Shown one piece after another: positions 1 through 13,399 of a stretch of DNA of 64,000 nt (the stretch's first letter is position 1; each line of letters opens with the position of its first letter). The stretch is from NCBI RefSeq assembly GCF_009914755.1, contig NC_060942.1. One strand, written 5' to 3'. This DNA is from the human T2T-CHM13v2.0 reference genome, Homo sapiens. The notes under the pieces were generated by a model. The model worked only from the letters and a program-made list of their open reading frames with translations. It was not told the DNA's origin and ran no database searches. A program made the position numbers and the translations under genes.

Positions 1-279
1 TTGTGAAACCATATAATTAGAACCCATTTGAGCTATAAAATAATTTGTCACTTAGTCATTAAGCCACTCACTTTCTCAATATCTAATCCAATATTTTACA
101 ATGTTGCTTTGTTTAAGGCACAAAGGCGTTTACATCCTAGGGTAATGTACACAATTAGATTCAGGATTTCCGAGGGTAACATCATTGCTTTTAAAGCAGG
201 TAAAGAGAGACCGGCAGGGTGTTGGAAAAGTAGAAGCAGAAGGAAGCAGGAAAACACTGGTGTTAGAGGTGCGTGGATT

Positions 280-360
280 AATTGAGTAAATACATGTAGA
301 GCATTTAGAAAGCACCTGCAAAGAGCAAACACTTGAGCTCAGTGAATGTTCGTTTTTATT
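280..360 (+). mobile_element. MIR 3' fragment
   Basis: aatacatgtagagcatttagaaagcacctg...ctcagtgaatgtt resembles the MIR 3' end. Confidence 0.55.
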
Positions 361-679
361 TACTTGTGTTCTACAGATCACACAGAAACCTGTCTCAAAA
401 CTGCCCCCAAAAAGACCCTGAATTGGGCTTATTGTGAAGTGACATGATACTTTAATTTATGGGAATTGTTATGTAATAGTAGACATGTAAGAAACATTTA
501 TTGAATAAATGGTATCTCGCAACTGGGGAAAAAGCCTTTTTTCTGGGTAATGTTTTCAGACAATGCTTTATTTTAAACTTGAATTATTTACCCTATATAT
601 TCCATAATTTCTATTCTTATTCACATACAAAATAAGCATACTATACCTATGTGTTAGCCGTTCTATATCCCCATGTCTT

Positions 680-950
680 CTGTCTTTCAGGCTAAATGCC
701 CGGTATTCTTCTGCATTCTCCGCATGGCACAGGGTTTAGCTGTGCCCTATCACTCCCATTTTGAACATTCCTCAGCTTGTCTACCTGCCTTACAATATGG
801 GGTGAACTGCTCCAGGTGTGGCATGACTGGAATGGACAACACCAATGTTGGTGTTACTCTCCTTCCTGAGTTTAGTCTTCTATTTGTTTAGTTTAAGGCT
901 GCATTGGATGTTATTGAAGCCTCAGCCTACTGCTGCCTCATACAGAGGTT
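680..950. mobile_element. Possible L3/CR1 fragment
   Basis: ttcaggctaaa...aactgctccaggtgtggcatgact resembles the CR1/L3 3' region. Confidence 0.35.
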
Positions 951-959
951 ACTTGCAAC

Positions 960-1590
960 GTGCCTGTTTTGTATCCATATTTTTGTATTTTCCTTGTATA
1001 CATAAATATCCAGTAGCATGAAAACTGGTACATGTGGTAAGTGTATATATAACTTTATAAGAAACTTCCAAACTCTTTGCTGAAGTGGCTATTCCATTTT
1101 GCATTATCACCAGGAAAATATCAGTTTCAATACTTCTACTGACTTATTTTTTTAAAAAGCCATTCTAGTAGGAATGTAATGGTATCTCACTGTGCTTTTC
1201 TATTGAATTATTCTAATGACTAATGATGCTCATCTTCTTTTTCATGTATTTATTTATAATCCATATCTGTAATGTTTTAATGTATTCAACAAATTGGACT
1301 GGTAGTCATTACTATTGAGTTGTAAATAGTTCTTTACATTACTACATGTAAGTTCTTCCTAGGTATATGTTTCGCATTTTTTTCGGATCTGTGGAATGTC
1401 TTTCCATTTTCACAAAGCTGTCTTAAAGAAAAACTAGAATGCTTTACTTTGGATTAACTAATTTATCTTTTTTTAATGGTTGTTTTTGTGGCTTAAGGTC
1501 ATAAAACCTATGTTTTTTTCAGAAGTGTTATGATGTTAGGTTTTACATTTAGGAGTCTGATTCCTTTTGAGTTAATTTTTTATGTGGCAT
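960..1590 (-). mobile_element. Old L1M ORF2 3' region, interrupted by the provirus; continues at 7589-7660
   Basis: ccattctagtaggaatgtaatggtatctcactgtg...ttgagttaatttttt resumes after the 3' LTR as ...gataaccaattttcccagtatggtttgttgaagaga. Confidence 0.8.
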
Positions 1591-2005
1591 TGAGACGGCC
1601 AGGTGGGAAGGGCTCCCTGGCAAAATTCCAACTGGCCAGCGCGTTGGGAGGGGTGCGCGCTGGGAGGGGTGCGCGCTGGGAGGGGTGCGCGCTGGGAGGG
1701 GTGCGCGCTGGGTGGAGCCACAGAAGTTGACAGCCTCTGCAGCAGGGAGGAGCCTGGCTCCTGCTCTTCCTGTGTGGAATCTGGGATTCAAACTGTGAGG
1801 CAGGAAGCACACCTGCAGTGACTCTGGCTTTGTGGAGTGTCTGTTTCCCCTCTGGCTTTGTGGAGTGTCTCTGTTTCCCCTTTTCTTCCTTTTCATCCAA
1901 TAAAATCCTGCCTTACTCGCCCTTCAAATTGTCTACAATCCTAAATTTTCGTGGCTGTGTAACAAGGACCCCATCTTTAGCTGAACTAAGGAAAGGTCCT
2001 GCAAA
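1591..2005 (+). mobile_element. 5' LTR (MER61-like)
   Basis: Begins TGAGACGGCCAGGTGGGAAGGG, has AATAAA near 1899, and ends ...gctgaactaaggaaaggtcctgcaa before the PBS. Confidence 0.85.
1639..1712. repeat. 16-bp tandem repeat (GCGCGCTGGGAGGGGT) x ~4.6
   Basis: Units start at 1639, 1655, 1671, 1687 and 1703; one mismatch in total. Confidence 0.97.
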
Positions 2006-2010
2006 TTTTT

Positions 2011-2029
2011 TGGCACACAACGTGGGGGC
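2011..2029 (+). promoter_or_regulatory. Retroviral primer-binding site, tRNA-Lys(CUU)-like
   Basis: TGGCACACAACGTGGGGGC resembles the Lys1,2 PBS TGGCGCCCAACGTGGGGC and lies just after the 5' LTR. Confidence 0.7.
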
Positions 2030-3018
2030 TCAAGAAGCAGTAAGCAAAATGGGGACTCAACACCTCAGTGTCCCTTCTAAGCCTGTTCATCCTCAGACTT
2101 CTGAGGGTAGGGGAAACCGTGCTCCCACCCCCACTGCTCCCAGGGGAGGGGGGCATTTTCATGGCCTTTTCCTGCCTTTCTCGGGACAGACTGGCGAGCA
2201 GTGGCTCCCAGCCACCCGTCCCTCCCTGCCGGGGCTGGCACATATGGCTCAAGGCACGACGGGCAGCTGGCTGGCATTATTCTGCCACATGCCCACGGAG
2301 TCTCCCCATCCCTGGGCCAGGGAGGCCAACTCCAACCCACAGCAATTAAACTTGTCTCCCTTGTGGAGGAAACACTTGCATAGAAATAAGAGGTTCTTCC
2401 CCAGGCATTTTAAAACTTTTTTCTTTCCTCTTCTCTACCCTGTCAGCAGTTAACTTTTAAGCAAGTTTTTTTGTTTTCTTTTGTTTTGTTTTTTTCTGTT
2501 AGAAGACACTTTACTAGGCCAGCCCGCCCCAACCCAACTATCACTGTTTATATTCTCCTAAAAGTTTTAGTTGTGAAAAAGGATCCTGTGGGAACTGGGT
2601 TTTCTCCTGCCTGTCTGTGTAGGGGTGTGTGTGTGTGATATCTGTAAAAACAGCTCTAAGTAATTGGGCCTAAAGAAAGACAAGCACTTGGATCAAATAA
2701 TTTTAAAGGGAAGATAAAAGCTCTGGTACTTTTTGGTTCACGTGACTTAATCTTTGAGAAATAAAAACAGCCTTAAAGATTATTGGTAAAAAGCGATGTC
2801 ATTAAAACGTAAATAGATGAACTAAATTATGCAGGTCAGATGCAAGGTTGGCTAAGTGACTTAAGGTTACAAACTTCTTTTTGGGTTTTGAGAATTATTT
2901 GACTTCCCAGCTTCACAATCGTTAAGGCCTTGGGACATATGGAACTAACCACACCCTTAATTATGCTGAAAAAAGTCAAACCTTGGCTGCACCTAGCACA
3001 CAATTAAATCAACTTACC

Positions 3019-3316
<298 letters not shown>

Positions 3317-5289
3317 CAGTAATAATAAAACACCCCAACTTATCAGGTTTTACATTACTGTTAAAAATTGCTAGGAGTTACTATTATAACATGTAATTGA
3401 GACTACTGGAATTAGATTTACATACCAGGTGTGTTAGAACAATAAAATGTGTTTTTTAGTAAAAGGTTATAAGAAGGTATGGAAGTGTCAGTTTTTGCCT
3501 AGGGTTAAAGGATTGTTTTAAATTAGACAAGATACAGCTGAAGGTTCAAACAAGGGGAGGAAGGATTGTGGAAATTAATCTTGCAAAAGAAATTCTGTGT
3601 GTGAACATAGACTAAATTCAAAAAAAGTATTATATGGATTTGCTGTAAATTGGATATTAAAATAAAAGCACAACAAGGTATTCTTAAGGTGCTAATCTGC
3701 TCTTTGGCAAAATTTGTAAGGGGTTATAAAAGGTTTTTGCTTCTTTAAAATTTCTGAGTCATCATTTTGGCAAAATAAATTATAGTAATCTGGAATTATA
3801 TTTCATAATATCAAGTGTTTTGAACTTCGTACATATTTATCCGGCTTCACAAAATCAAATTTCAGTTTCAAAATTGTCTTTGCTGACACCTGGCTTTTTG
3901 GATACTTCAGAGGGCCCCTGGAGTGTCCAGAAAAGAGAGGTAAACAAGAGTATTTGACATGTTTAGGTACATAGGATTGTCAAATGGTGTTTAGGTTATA
4001 TTTTTGTGAATAATGCTAATATGTGTTCCAAAATCGTATGGAATTTCTAAAATTCTAATGTATAAGTGTATGCTGTCAATCGTAATTAAGGTTGTTATGT
4101 TAAGTTATTGTAAACCACAGAGATAATCAAACTTCTTTTTCAATCATGTTTCTAACCGTAACTACCCTGGACACTTTGCTATTTGTAGACAATTGTCTTG
4201 TTTTAATCCTTTTCAAAAGATGGTTTATAATAAGCTATGGAACTTTGACAGGTGCTCTCAAATAATTTTGGTGATTGTAATATTGGAATAAAGGAAAATG
4301 TGCAGGACTCCTGAAGAGCTAAAATGTTCACAAATATCAAACAAAACAAGAGTTAACTAAATGGACTGAACTCAGAAACTGAAGCAACCTTTTTAACTTT
4401 TGCTCAGAATATTTCTAATCTTTGTTTTGTTTTTCGGAATCAACAAAACTTATTTTGAAATGTTTACAGCCTTTAATAATTGAGTATGGTATACTCCTAT
4501 GAACAAAATTTGGAACATGTTTCTCTCTGCCTGGTTCCTCTAGAATTTGGAAACTATCTGTGAGTATTTTTAACTTAGGGCAATATAGTTGTTTCCATAA
4601 GTGCAGTAAGAGTCCACTTTTCTTTTGCAACAGGACACAATTGGAAAAAGTTGGTTATTTTACCATGGCTTTGACTGGAAAGGTAGGCTTCCCTTTAAGG
4701 AGTCAATCTAGACTTTCAGAGCCAATAAAACCCAGTGGGGAAACTGGCCTCATACCCTTGTCTATGCAGTCCCTGCACACGGTTCCTGACCTGTGTGGTC
4801 AGTAAATAATGTCACTTTGTAACAGGTCCAGAAGCTCCAAATTTGTCTTGGGACCTTAAGAGTTGAGGATCACCCAACTCACAGATATTTGAAGATACAA
4901 ACCTATGGCTGGGATCAGCTTTAAAAAGTCTTATCTGAGATTCCTTGGGGAACAGAATTCCATTGGAGCCAATCCAAAAGGCCTATGTAGAAATGATTAT
5001 TCGTGCTGCACTTTATGCAAATTATCAGGCCAAGTATGAGACTATAGCATATTTTGCAAACCACTCAGTCCTATGATGATTTTTTTTTAACAAAAATAAG
5101 GATGGGAGAGAGAGGAATTATGTTCCAAACCTTATCATACATTTATCATTAAATTTTAAATGCATTAGTTGTTTTTAAGTTTTGCCTATATTTTAGACTA
5201 ATTCTGCTTGTTCCTGTGAACGTAGCAGCAATCTCCAGCCGCGGCTCAGAAAGAACAAGAGGGATGGGTAATGTAAACATCTGGATCAA

Positions 5290-5620
<331 letters not shown>

Positions 5621-6808
5621 TTATCCTGCAAATCTTGCCAGGTGATGCCCATCACTCAGAGGTTTCCTTTTGGGAAAGTAAGATCAAGGGAGCTAACCAA
5701 AGCCAACTACCATGCACCCAAATCCGAGCAAGCGTAACTCTAGCCACCAGGTATCTGGGTGTGTCACACGGCATCCTTTTCTCTCCCTTGTTGGAGGAGG
5801 ACTGAATGCCACAGTTTTACCTTAGCGTTTGACTTATGATAATGAGTCCAAGCAACCTTCCCAAGACAAATTTTTGTCCCAAACTCAATTCCAAGCTTTG
5901 GCTCAAAGTCCTACGAAGGAAAAGTGGATCTGAGGGATCCAGAGGCAAATGATAATGGAAGTTAAAAGGCGCAGTGCAGGTGAGCGTGGCTGATTCCTGC
6001 CAATTAAACCGAGCTTCTCGTTTCACGGATGAAGGCCACATTACTATCCATGGCATAAATGAGGTCTAGGGAATCCAAGACTACCGAGAGTAAGCAGGAA
6101 AGAGACATAGGTAAGAGTGAATAATTCCTGCTCTCTAGGCCTTCCTTGCTTCATGGGTGCAAACTGTTTTAACACCCATGGTGGCACCTGGCAAGGTTGC
6201 CGGGACTCAGAGATACAGGATGGAAGAGGGAAAGACCTCTCTCTATCACTCACATACCCCCGATATCTGCTAGGAAGAGAAAGGAAATGGGGACACCTGC
6301 TCTCCTCGTTCTAGATGGGTAGCCATTCATCTTCAGTCTGTACCACTTTCAAATGCATCCTGAACTCCTGGGACTCCTTTGAAAAAATGCTGTCTTTTTT
6401 CCTTTCTCCTCCCTCTACTCTCTTCGCTGATAGTTAATTGTGTCTCTGTACTATGGGAGACTCCCCTCAGATGCATCATCCAAACTGGGAAAAGTTAATG
6501 TCCCAAGCCTTAAACTGGTTGGTTTACAGTTAGGCTCAGGGGAAGGGAACCCAGAAGCCTAACATATTGGCAAAAGGGTAAAGTTTATTTAACCATTTGG
6601 GCTTTTGGCCTCCCTCTCTCTGTGCAAACTGGTAAAAGGCCTTGAAATTTTTGAGCTGTCCTAACCCCTGCCCTTTTTCATTTTGATACATGTTTTCTAA
6701 TCACCCTGTTTGTCTCTTCTTGCCTGCAGGTAACCAAACTCCAAACAGCAATGGAACCAGAGCCTCTGAAGGTGGCCCCTTCTGCTGGCAACCCTTAGAC
6801 AGGCCTCA

Positions 6809-7207
<399 letters not shown>

Positions 7208-7267
7208 TCAGGCTTGTCTTCATCCTTATTCTAATGACACTTGGTTAGACTTCTTTAGAGGCGGGAA

Positions 7268-7584
7268 TGACACTACCAGGTGGGGGAGGATCCAGGGAAA
7301 ACTCCACCAGCCTGCACACAGGGGTGAAGCCTCAGCAAGTTTGCACTCTTTGCAGTGGGAGGAGCCTGCCTTTTCTCTTCCTGTGTGGAACTTACGACTC
7401 AGACTGCGAGGCAGGAAGTGCACTAGCAGAGACTCTGGCTTGCAGAGGGTCGTTTCTCCTTTCTTCCTTTTCTCCCAATAAAACCCTGCATTCCTCACCC
7501 TTCAAATGGTCTGCAAGCCTACATTTTCATGACCCTGTGACCAGGACCCCGTCTGTAGCTGAACTAAGGAAAAGTCCCGCAATC
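7268..7584 (+). mobile_element. 3' LTR (MER61-like)
   Basis: Begins TGACACTACCAGGTGGGGGAGG after the PPT and ends ...gctgaactaaggaaaagtcccgcaa; colinear with the 5' LTR. Confidence 0.85.
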
Positions 7585-7984
7585 GCATGTGTTCAGGGTT
7601 AAGGCTAATTTGTTTATATGTAGATAACCAATTTTCCCAGTATGGTTTGTTGAAGAGAATTTTCACTTACTTCTCTGAGGTTTTGGCTTATGTCTTTAGT
7701 CTCACAGTTCACATCAATGATTCAAAATGTGTCAGAGTTTTTGAGAAAAAGATCAGCTGTATGACTGAAGTCTGTCAAATATCCAATTGTGCCACTGAAT
7801 CCCTCTGCAAACACTGAAAGCTCAGCTTATTTCTCTAATACTGCCATAGCAGCCCTATAAGTTTCTCTGTCTTCTGGAATTTTATGCTTTTAAATACTCG
7901 CTGGTTGCACAGGTTTTCCAATTCTCACAGGTAGCATTGGCCTGATGTGAGCTACTTATCCTACCCAGAGGTACGAGTGTCCTC

Positions 7985-8575
7985 TTTGTGGAAAACATAT
8001 TCAATAAATATTTTCACATTTCCGCAAAGTTGGGACTTACTGAGCAAAGATTACTAAAAACCTCAGCAAAAGAATGGCTTAGTAGAAAACATATCTTGTA
8101 AGTTAAAGATACTTCATTTCTCTGATAGACTTAAAGTCTTTCCCCTGAAGCCATTTGTTTATGTTCTAGGATGATAAAGGAAAAAAATAGAGATCTTTTT
8201 CTCTCCCCAGAAAGGATTTGTTTACATTTCAGAGCAAGGTCTCCTTCTTGCTTTAACTCTTGCTCCTGTGTCTCTGGAGGCAAGAAGGGGCAGATGGGCC
8301 AACTATCCTATAAAAGCTCCTAGAGTCATAATTTCAGGGTTCCTCTCTTGTGGCACAAATCCCATTGGAGACACAGGTGACATCTCGCTCTCATTGTCTC
8401 ACAGACAACTGGGCCATGGAAAACTGACACAAGAGTCTCTGTGAGAAAATAAAAAATGTGTTCCCCAATACAAAGTTCTCATATTTTTTAATGTATATCT
8501 ACATATCTATATATCCATCCATCCCAGCCTAATTATTTGACTTGCGAGTAACATCTCAGATCCTTCACATTTTGA
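7985..8575. mobile_element. Possible old solo LTR (family uncertain)
   Basis: LTR-like layout: cctataaaag TATA-like motif near 8310, AATAAA near 8450. Confidence 0.3.
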
Positions 8576-8761
8576 ACTTAACACTCATATCATTTAATAA
8601 TCAAGCATTCTAGTATACTTGTCAGAGATGGAAATCAATTTTATTTAAATTAATTAAATTCTACATGGACTTCCTGGTATTTCAAATGCATAAGACCTCC
8701 TTTACCATTCTGTTTTTCACAAAATCTTAATCAGTATCATATTTTAAACATGCTGTTTGTA

Positions 8762-9067
8762 GGCTGGGCACTGTGGCTCATGCCTGTAATCCCAGCACTT
8801 TGGGAGACCGAGGTGGGCGGATCACTTGAGGTCAGGAGTTTGAGACTAGCCAACATGGCGAAACTCCATCTCTACTAAAAATACAAAAAAAAAATAGCCG
8901 GGCGTGGTGGTGGGCACCTGTAATTCCAGCTACTCAGGGGCTTGCGGCAGGAAAATCGCTTGAACCCTGAAGGTAGAGGTTGCAGTGAGCCGAGATCGCT
9001 TCACTGCACTCCAGCCTGAGCAATAGAGCCAGACTCCATCTCAAAAAATAAAAATAAAAATAAAAAT
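8762..9067 (+). mobile_element. AluS
   Basis: Full Alu with (AAAAAT)n tail; flanks acatgctgtttgt / acatactgtttgt. Confidence 0.95.
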
Positions 9068-9179
9068 ACATACTGTTTGTCAAGATGAATAAAAAGTTGA
9101 TGCTTAACAGATATTGGAAAATGGCAAATCAATATATGGGTTCTCTATGATGGCTCCGTTTGGCCTCAAAAATTAATAA

Positions 9180-9445
9180 AAATGATGGATATGTGAAACT
9201 GCATAGGTGATAAAATTGTGCAGGACTTAATTCACAATGTAAATGAGAACACATATAACTGGAAAACTTTGAATATGATTAGTGAATTATATAAACGTTA
9301 ACATCCTGATTGTGATATTATATATAGTTTTGTAAAATGTTACCATTTGGGAAGTCAAGCAAAATATAATAGAGATCTGTCTGTCTGTATTATTTCTTAT
9401 AATTATATTTAACTCTATAATTATCTAAATTAAAATGTCTATTAA
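9180..9445 (+). mobile_element. L1MC-type 3' end fragment
   Basis: cctgattgtgatattatatatagttttgtaaaatgttaccatttggg...tgtattatttcttataatt. Confidence 0.65.
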
Positions 9446-9566
9446 AAACTAGTGAAAATGTTTTAGGAAGGCCAACGAGTGTAAGGAAATCACATGCTTT
9501 ATCACCCCAAGATTATCACCTACACTCAGTATTTATGTAATTTTCATTTTAAAAATCCGGAAAATA

Positions 9567-9838
9567 AGCGGGGCATGGCGACTCACACCTGTAATCCCAG
9601 CACTTTGGGAGGCTGAGGTGGGTGGATAACCTAAGGTCAGGAGTTTGAGACCAGCCTGACCAACATGGTGAAACCCCAGTCTCTTAAAAATAGAAAATTA
9701 GCCAGGCATGGTGGCAAATGCCTATAATCCCAGCTACTTGGGAGGCTGAGGCAGGAGGAGAATCACTTGAACCCCGGGAAGTGGAGGTTGCAGTGAGCTG
9801 AGATCATGTCATTGCACTCCAGCATGGGCAACAAGAGT

Positions 9839-9850
<12 letters not shown>
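9567..9850 (+). mobile_element. AluS whose tail is replaced by a compound microsatellite
   Basis: Alu dimer; TSD tccggaaaata (9556-9566) / tccagaaaata (10312-10322). Confidence 0.93.
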
Positions 9851-9893
<43 letters not shown>

Positions 9894-10311
9894 CACACAT
9901 ATATATACACACATATATATACACACACATATACACATATATATACACACATATACACACACATATATATACACACATATATAAACACACATATATACAC
10001 ACACATATATACACACATATCTACACATATACACACATATACACACACACATATACACATATATACACATATATACACATATATACACACATATATACAC
10101 ACATATATACACACATATATACACATATATACACATATATACACACATATATACACACATATATACACACATATACACACATATATACACACATATATAC
10201 ACACATATATACACATATTTACACATATATATACACACATATATATATACACACACATATATACACACATATATATACACACATATATATATCCGGATAT
10301 ATATATATCTC
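9843..10311. repeat. Compound (CT)n(AT)n(ACAT-type)n microsatellite, about 470 bp
   Basis: Directly visible. Confidence 0.98.
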
Positions 10312-12359
10312 TCCAGAAAATAGGATCAATTAGCATTGCTCCACATGTTTGTCCAAATGGTATTTTTTCTAGTTCTATGTATTGCTGTTCAGAGTACATG
10401 TGAATCAGGTTTCTTAGTGAGGTGACTGACAGCAAACAATACAGGCCGTATCTGCATCCCTGAATGTGTTATAATACCCTTGCATTTTGCATATCTGTAC
10501 AACTGATACAATGTCCTGAGCACATATCCAGGCTCAGCTATGTGAAGAATTATTCCAAATTTATTTATATAAAGTAGGACTTGTTGTATTTATTTATATA
10601 AAGTAGGGCTTAGTTGTATTGGTGCAGCTGAGCTTACAGTAAATTTTATATGGTTCTCAAATATCACTTGGAATTATCCAACCACAGCTGTTCCAGTTGG
10701 TGGGGGAGCAAGACCTAGAAGTTATTTTCTGCAAACTACTCAGCTATCAACTGTTTATGCTAGCTGCACTTTTATTTTCTATTATTTAGATAAGCAACAC
10801 TTGTATGATTCCTGTAAGTCATTTCTGTATTTAGTTTTTAAATTGCACTTAGCCTTCTCCTGACAATTGACCATATGCTGTTCACACATTTTTACTACCA
10901 AATCTTTGTAACTATGAAAATATACTCATCTCTGAAGTATATGATTTAGAATCTTAGAGCAATGAAAATGGAATTATGGTGTTGCCCTGAAACTGAAAAT
11001 TCATAACAAGGCATGTTCTGTTCTCCCCACCAGATGTCACCCTCATACTTCCTTAAGAATCTAGAAACTATATTAGGCAATAATTTTTTGGAATTTTCTG
11101 TAGCTGTTTAGTGATACATTTCACTCTCTCAGCTTTGTGTGTTTGTAGAAAATCCATTTCAAGTCATGTCATCATTAGAGAAATATTTTCTACTGTTAAC
11201 ACACGACTTTAAATAAAATTGGAGACTGATTCTAACCATTACAACCGCTGAAGGAGCTTTCTGTTATTACTGATGCTGACCCACAACTTAGGAAAGCAAA
11301 GTTCCACATGCTCAGATATTTGCAGTCTCTATTTCCACTTCATTTGAAAGGAAGAGGATAAATCCATCAGGGTTCTGGAAATGCATGCAAACCGCACTGT
11401 CCACTCCTGCATCAAGCCTCAGACTATCAGATCTTTGGATGTTGCTACACTCGGTAGAAGGCACCTGGCAGCCACTGCGGGACTACAGATGTGAGCCTCC
11501 TCCTTTAACCGAGTCAGGTGTGCCTTGAGACCAGGTAGGAGATTGTTAGATGCTGTTTGTTTGTTTGTTTTTCATTTGTTTTCACTGAATGTTGCATGAG
11601 ACTATTTTAAAAACGCTTTGAGATACTCTTTCTCAAAGAAAGATTATTCATAATCCACCCAAGTCTGCAAAATTCACAACCCACCCCTCCGCCATTTTAT
11701 AAACTATGCAACATATTTGATAGTTGTCAAGTGAGAAAACCAAAATCAAACATCCAAAACTGGATATTCGAAATTGAGTCTGTATCACTCCAAAGTCAAA
11801 CTATTTCCACTACAAAAATTGCCTACTCACAAACCCAAATGTATAACTGGTTGCCATATTTGAGTCATTTGTAGCATTAGTATTCATCACATATACATGG
11901 GTTCTGCATGAGAATCACTTAAAATAGTTTACTTTGAATTTAACAACACTTTTTTAAACTGCTACATTTATGAACCAATATAATTATGTTAACATTAATA
12001 TAAGTAATATTGCTAATATTAATATAAGTAATGTTAGTAAATACAAAAATAAAAAGGTCATATTTCATTTCACAGACCTAGTTTAAGCCCCATAAATTTA
12101 TTTCAATTCTTAAACATTAAAAAATTATAGTTTGAGTTACCATATGTCTCTTCAAGTTAGATAAATAAAGTTTCTTTGAAAGTCTTCCTTAACTGCCAGT
12201 TCTGCTCATTGAAATGGCTTTATACACAGTGATGAAAAGGAATAAGAACCAGTGAAGCTTCCAGATAATGGATACTGAATGTTAATACATAAAAGCCAAA
12301 TATGCAATTACTATTTATGAAACAAACAACCCCCTAATATATAATAATATTGAGGGTAC

Positions 12360-12772
12360 TATATTAGTCTGTTCTTGCAACATGATAAAGAAATACCTGA
12401 AGCTGGGTAATTTGTAAAGAAAAAAGATTTATTGGCTTATGGTTGTGAGGGTTGTACAAGTGCGGCACCTGCATCTGTTTGGCTTCAGGTGCGGGCCTCA
12501 GGAAGCTTATAATCATGGTGGAAAGAGAAGCAAGAGCACATGCATCACATGGCAAGAGAGAGCAAGGGCAGTGGGGAGGTGCCGCACACTTTTTAAACAA
12601 CTGAATCTCAAATGAACTCAGAGTGGGAACTCACTCACAAGAGGAGGGCACTAAAACATTCATGAGGGATTAACCTCCTTGACTCAAATACCTCTGACCA
12701 GACCCCACCTCTAACACTGAGGATTACATTTCAACATGAGATGTGGAGAGAACAAACATCCAGACCATATCA
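12360..12772 (-). mobile_element. MST-type MaLR solo LTR
   Basis: tatattagtctgttcttgc...ggcctcaggaagcttataatcatgg...aaacatccagaccatatca; 5-bp TSD GGTAC at 12355-12359 and 12773-12777. Confidence 0.9.
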
Positions 12773-13399
12773 GGTACTTATTTTAATGTTGATGGTTCCA
12801 AATTATATTCAATTTTCTTCAGCAAAGGAAATGATGTAAAATTGTTATGCTAAACAAATTGTGCAAATCTGATTTAAAGTATGAAACAACATGTTTTAAA
12901 TTGTTAAATTCAATTGTAAACATTGAATGCATCATATATAGATGATATTTTCTTTGGTGCTGATATTTAAGTTACAAGAAATAATTTCAGAGATAGGTGA
13001 GAAAAATTCATAGTAGTAATAGTAATATCTTGGCTAAAAATGTATTATCTTCTGTTCATACTTCTCAATTTTTACTTCGGTCATGTATAACTTAATGAAA
13101 TATTAGAGTGGGGGGATTTGTACAGGCAACATGAGTTATTATTCTACATGCAAACTGTTGTCAACTCAATTCCTTTGTGATGTGATCCCTGTAAACTCTT
13201 GTTACTATCTGAAAACCTATTACTTAGCAACAATACAATGCCAGGCTCTGAAGAGGTTTAACACTCCTTCTCTACTATTGGCTGTGAGAAGAATGACTTC
13301 ATGATTTGTTTGAATTGGTCAATAAATAGGACATTGTGGCCTTATTAATTCTAATAAATTAATAGGAATACTACACCTTAAAGATTAAAAAAATATAGA

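Noticed and set aside
1639-1712. Short direct repeats as a CRISPR-like array
   Set aside because: No spacers and primate context; it is a simple minisatellite.
1530-2453. Cluster of GC-rich ORFs up to 211 aa
   Set aside because: They lie in the LTR tandem repeat and retroviral leader; no recognisable protein similarity.
9763-10435. Several 61-208 aa ORFs rich in Y/I/H/T or C/V/Y/M
   Set aside because: Translations of the microsatellite.
11330-11540. GC-richer patch ending in CAG|GTAGGA, a possible lncRNA exon
   Set aside because: Weak donor, no clear acceptor or partner exon identifiable from sequence alone.
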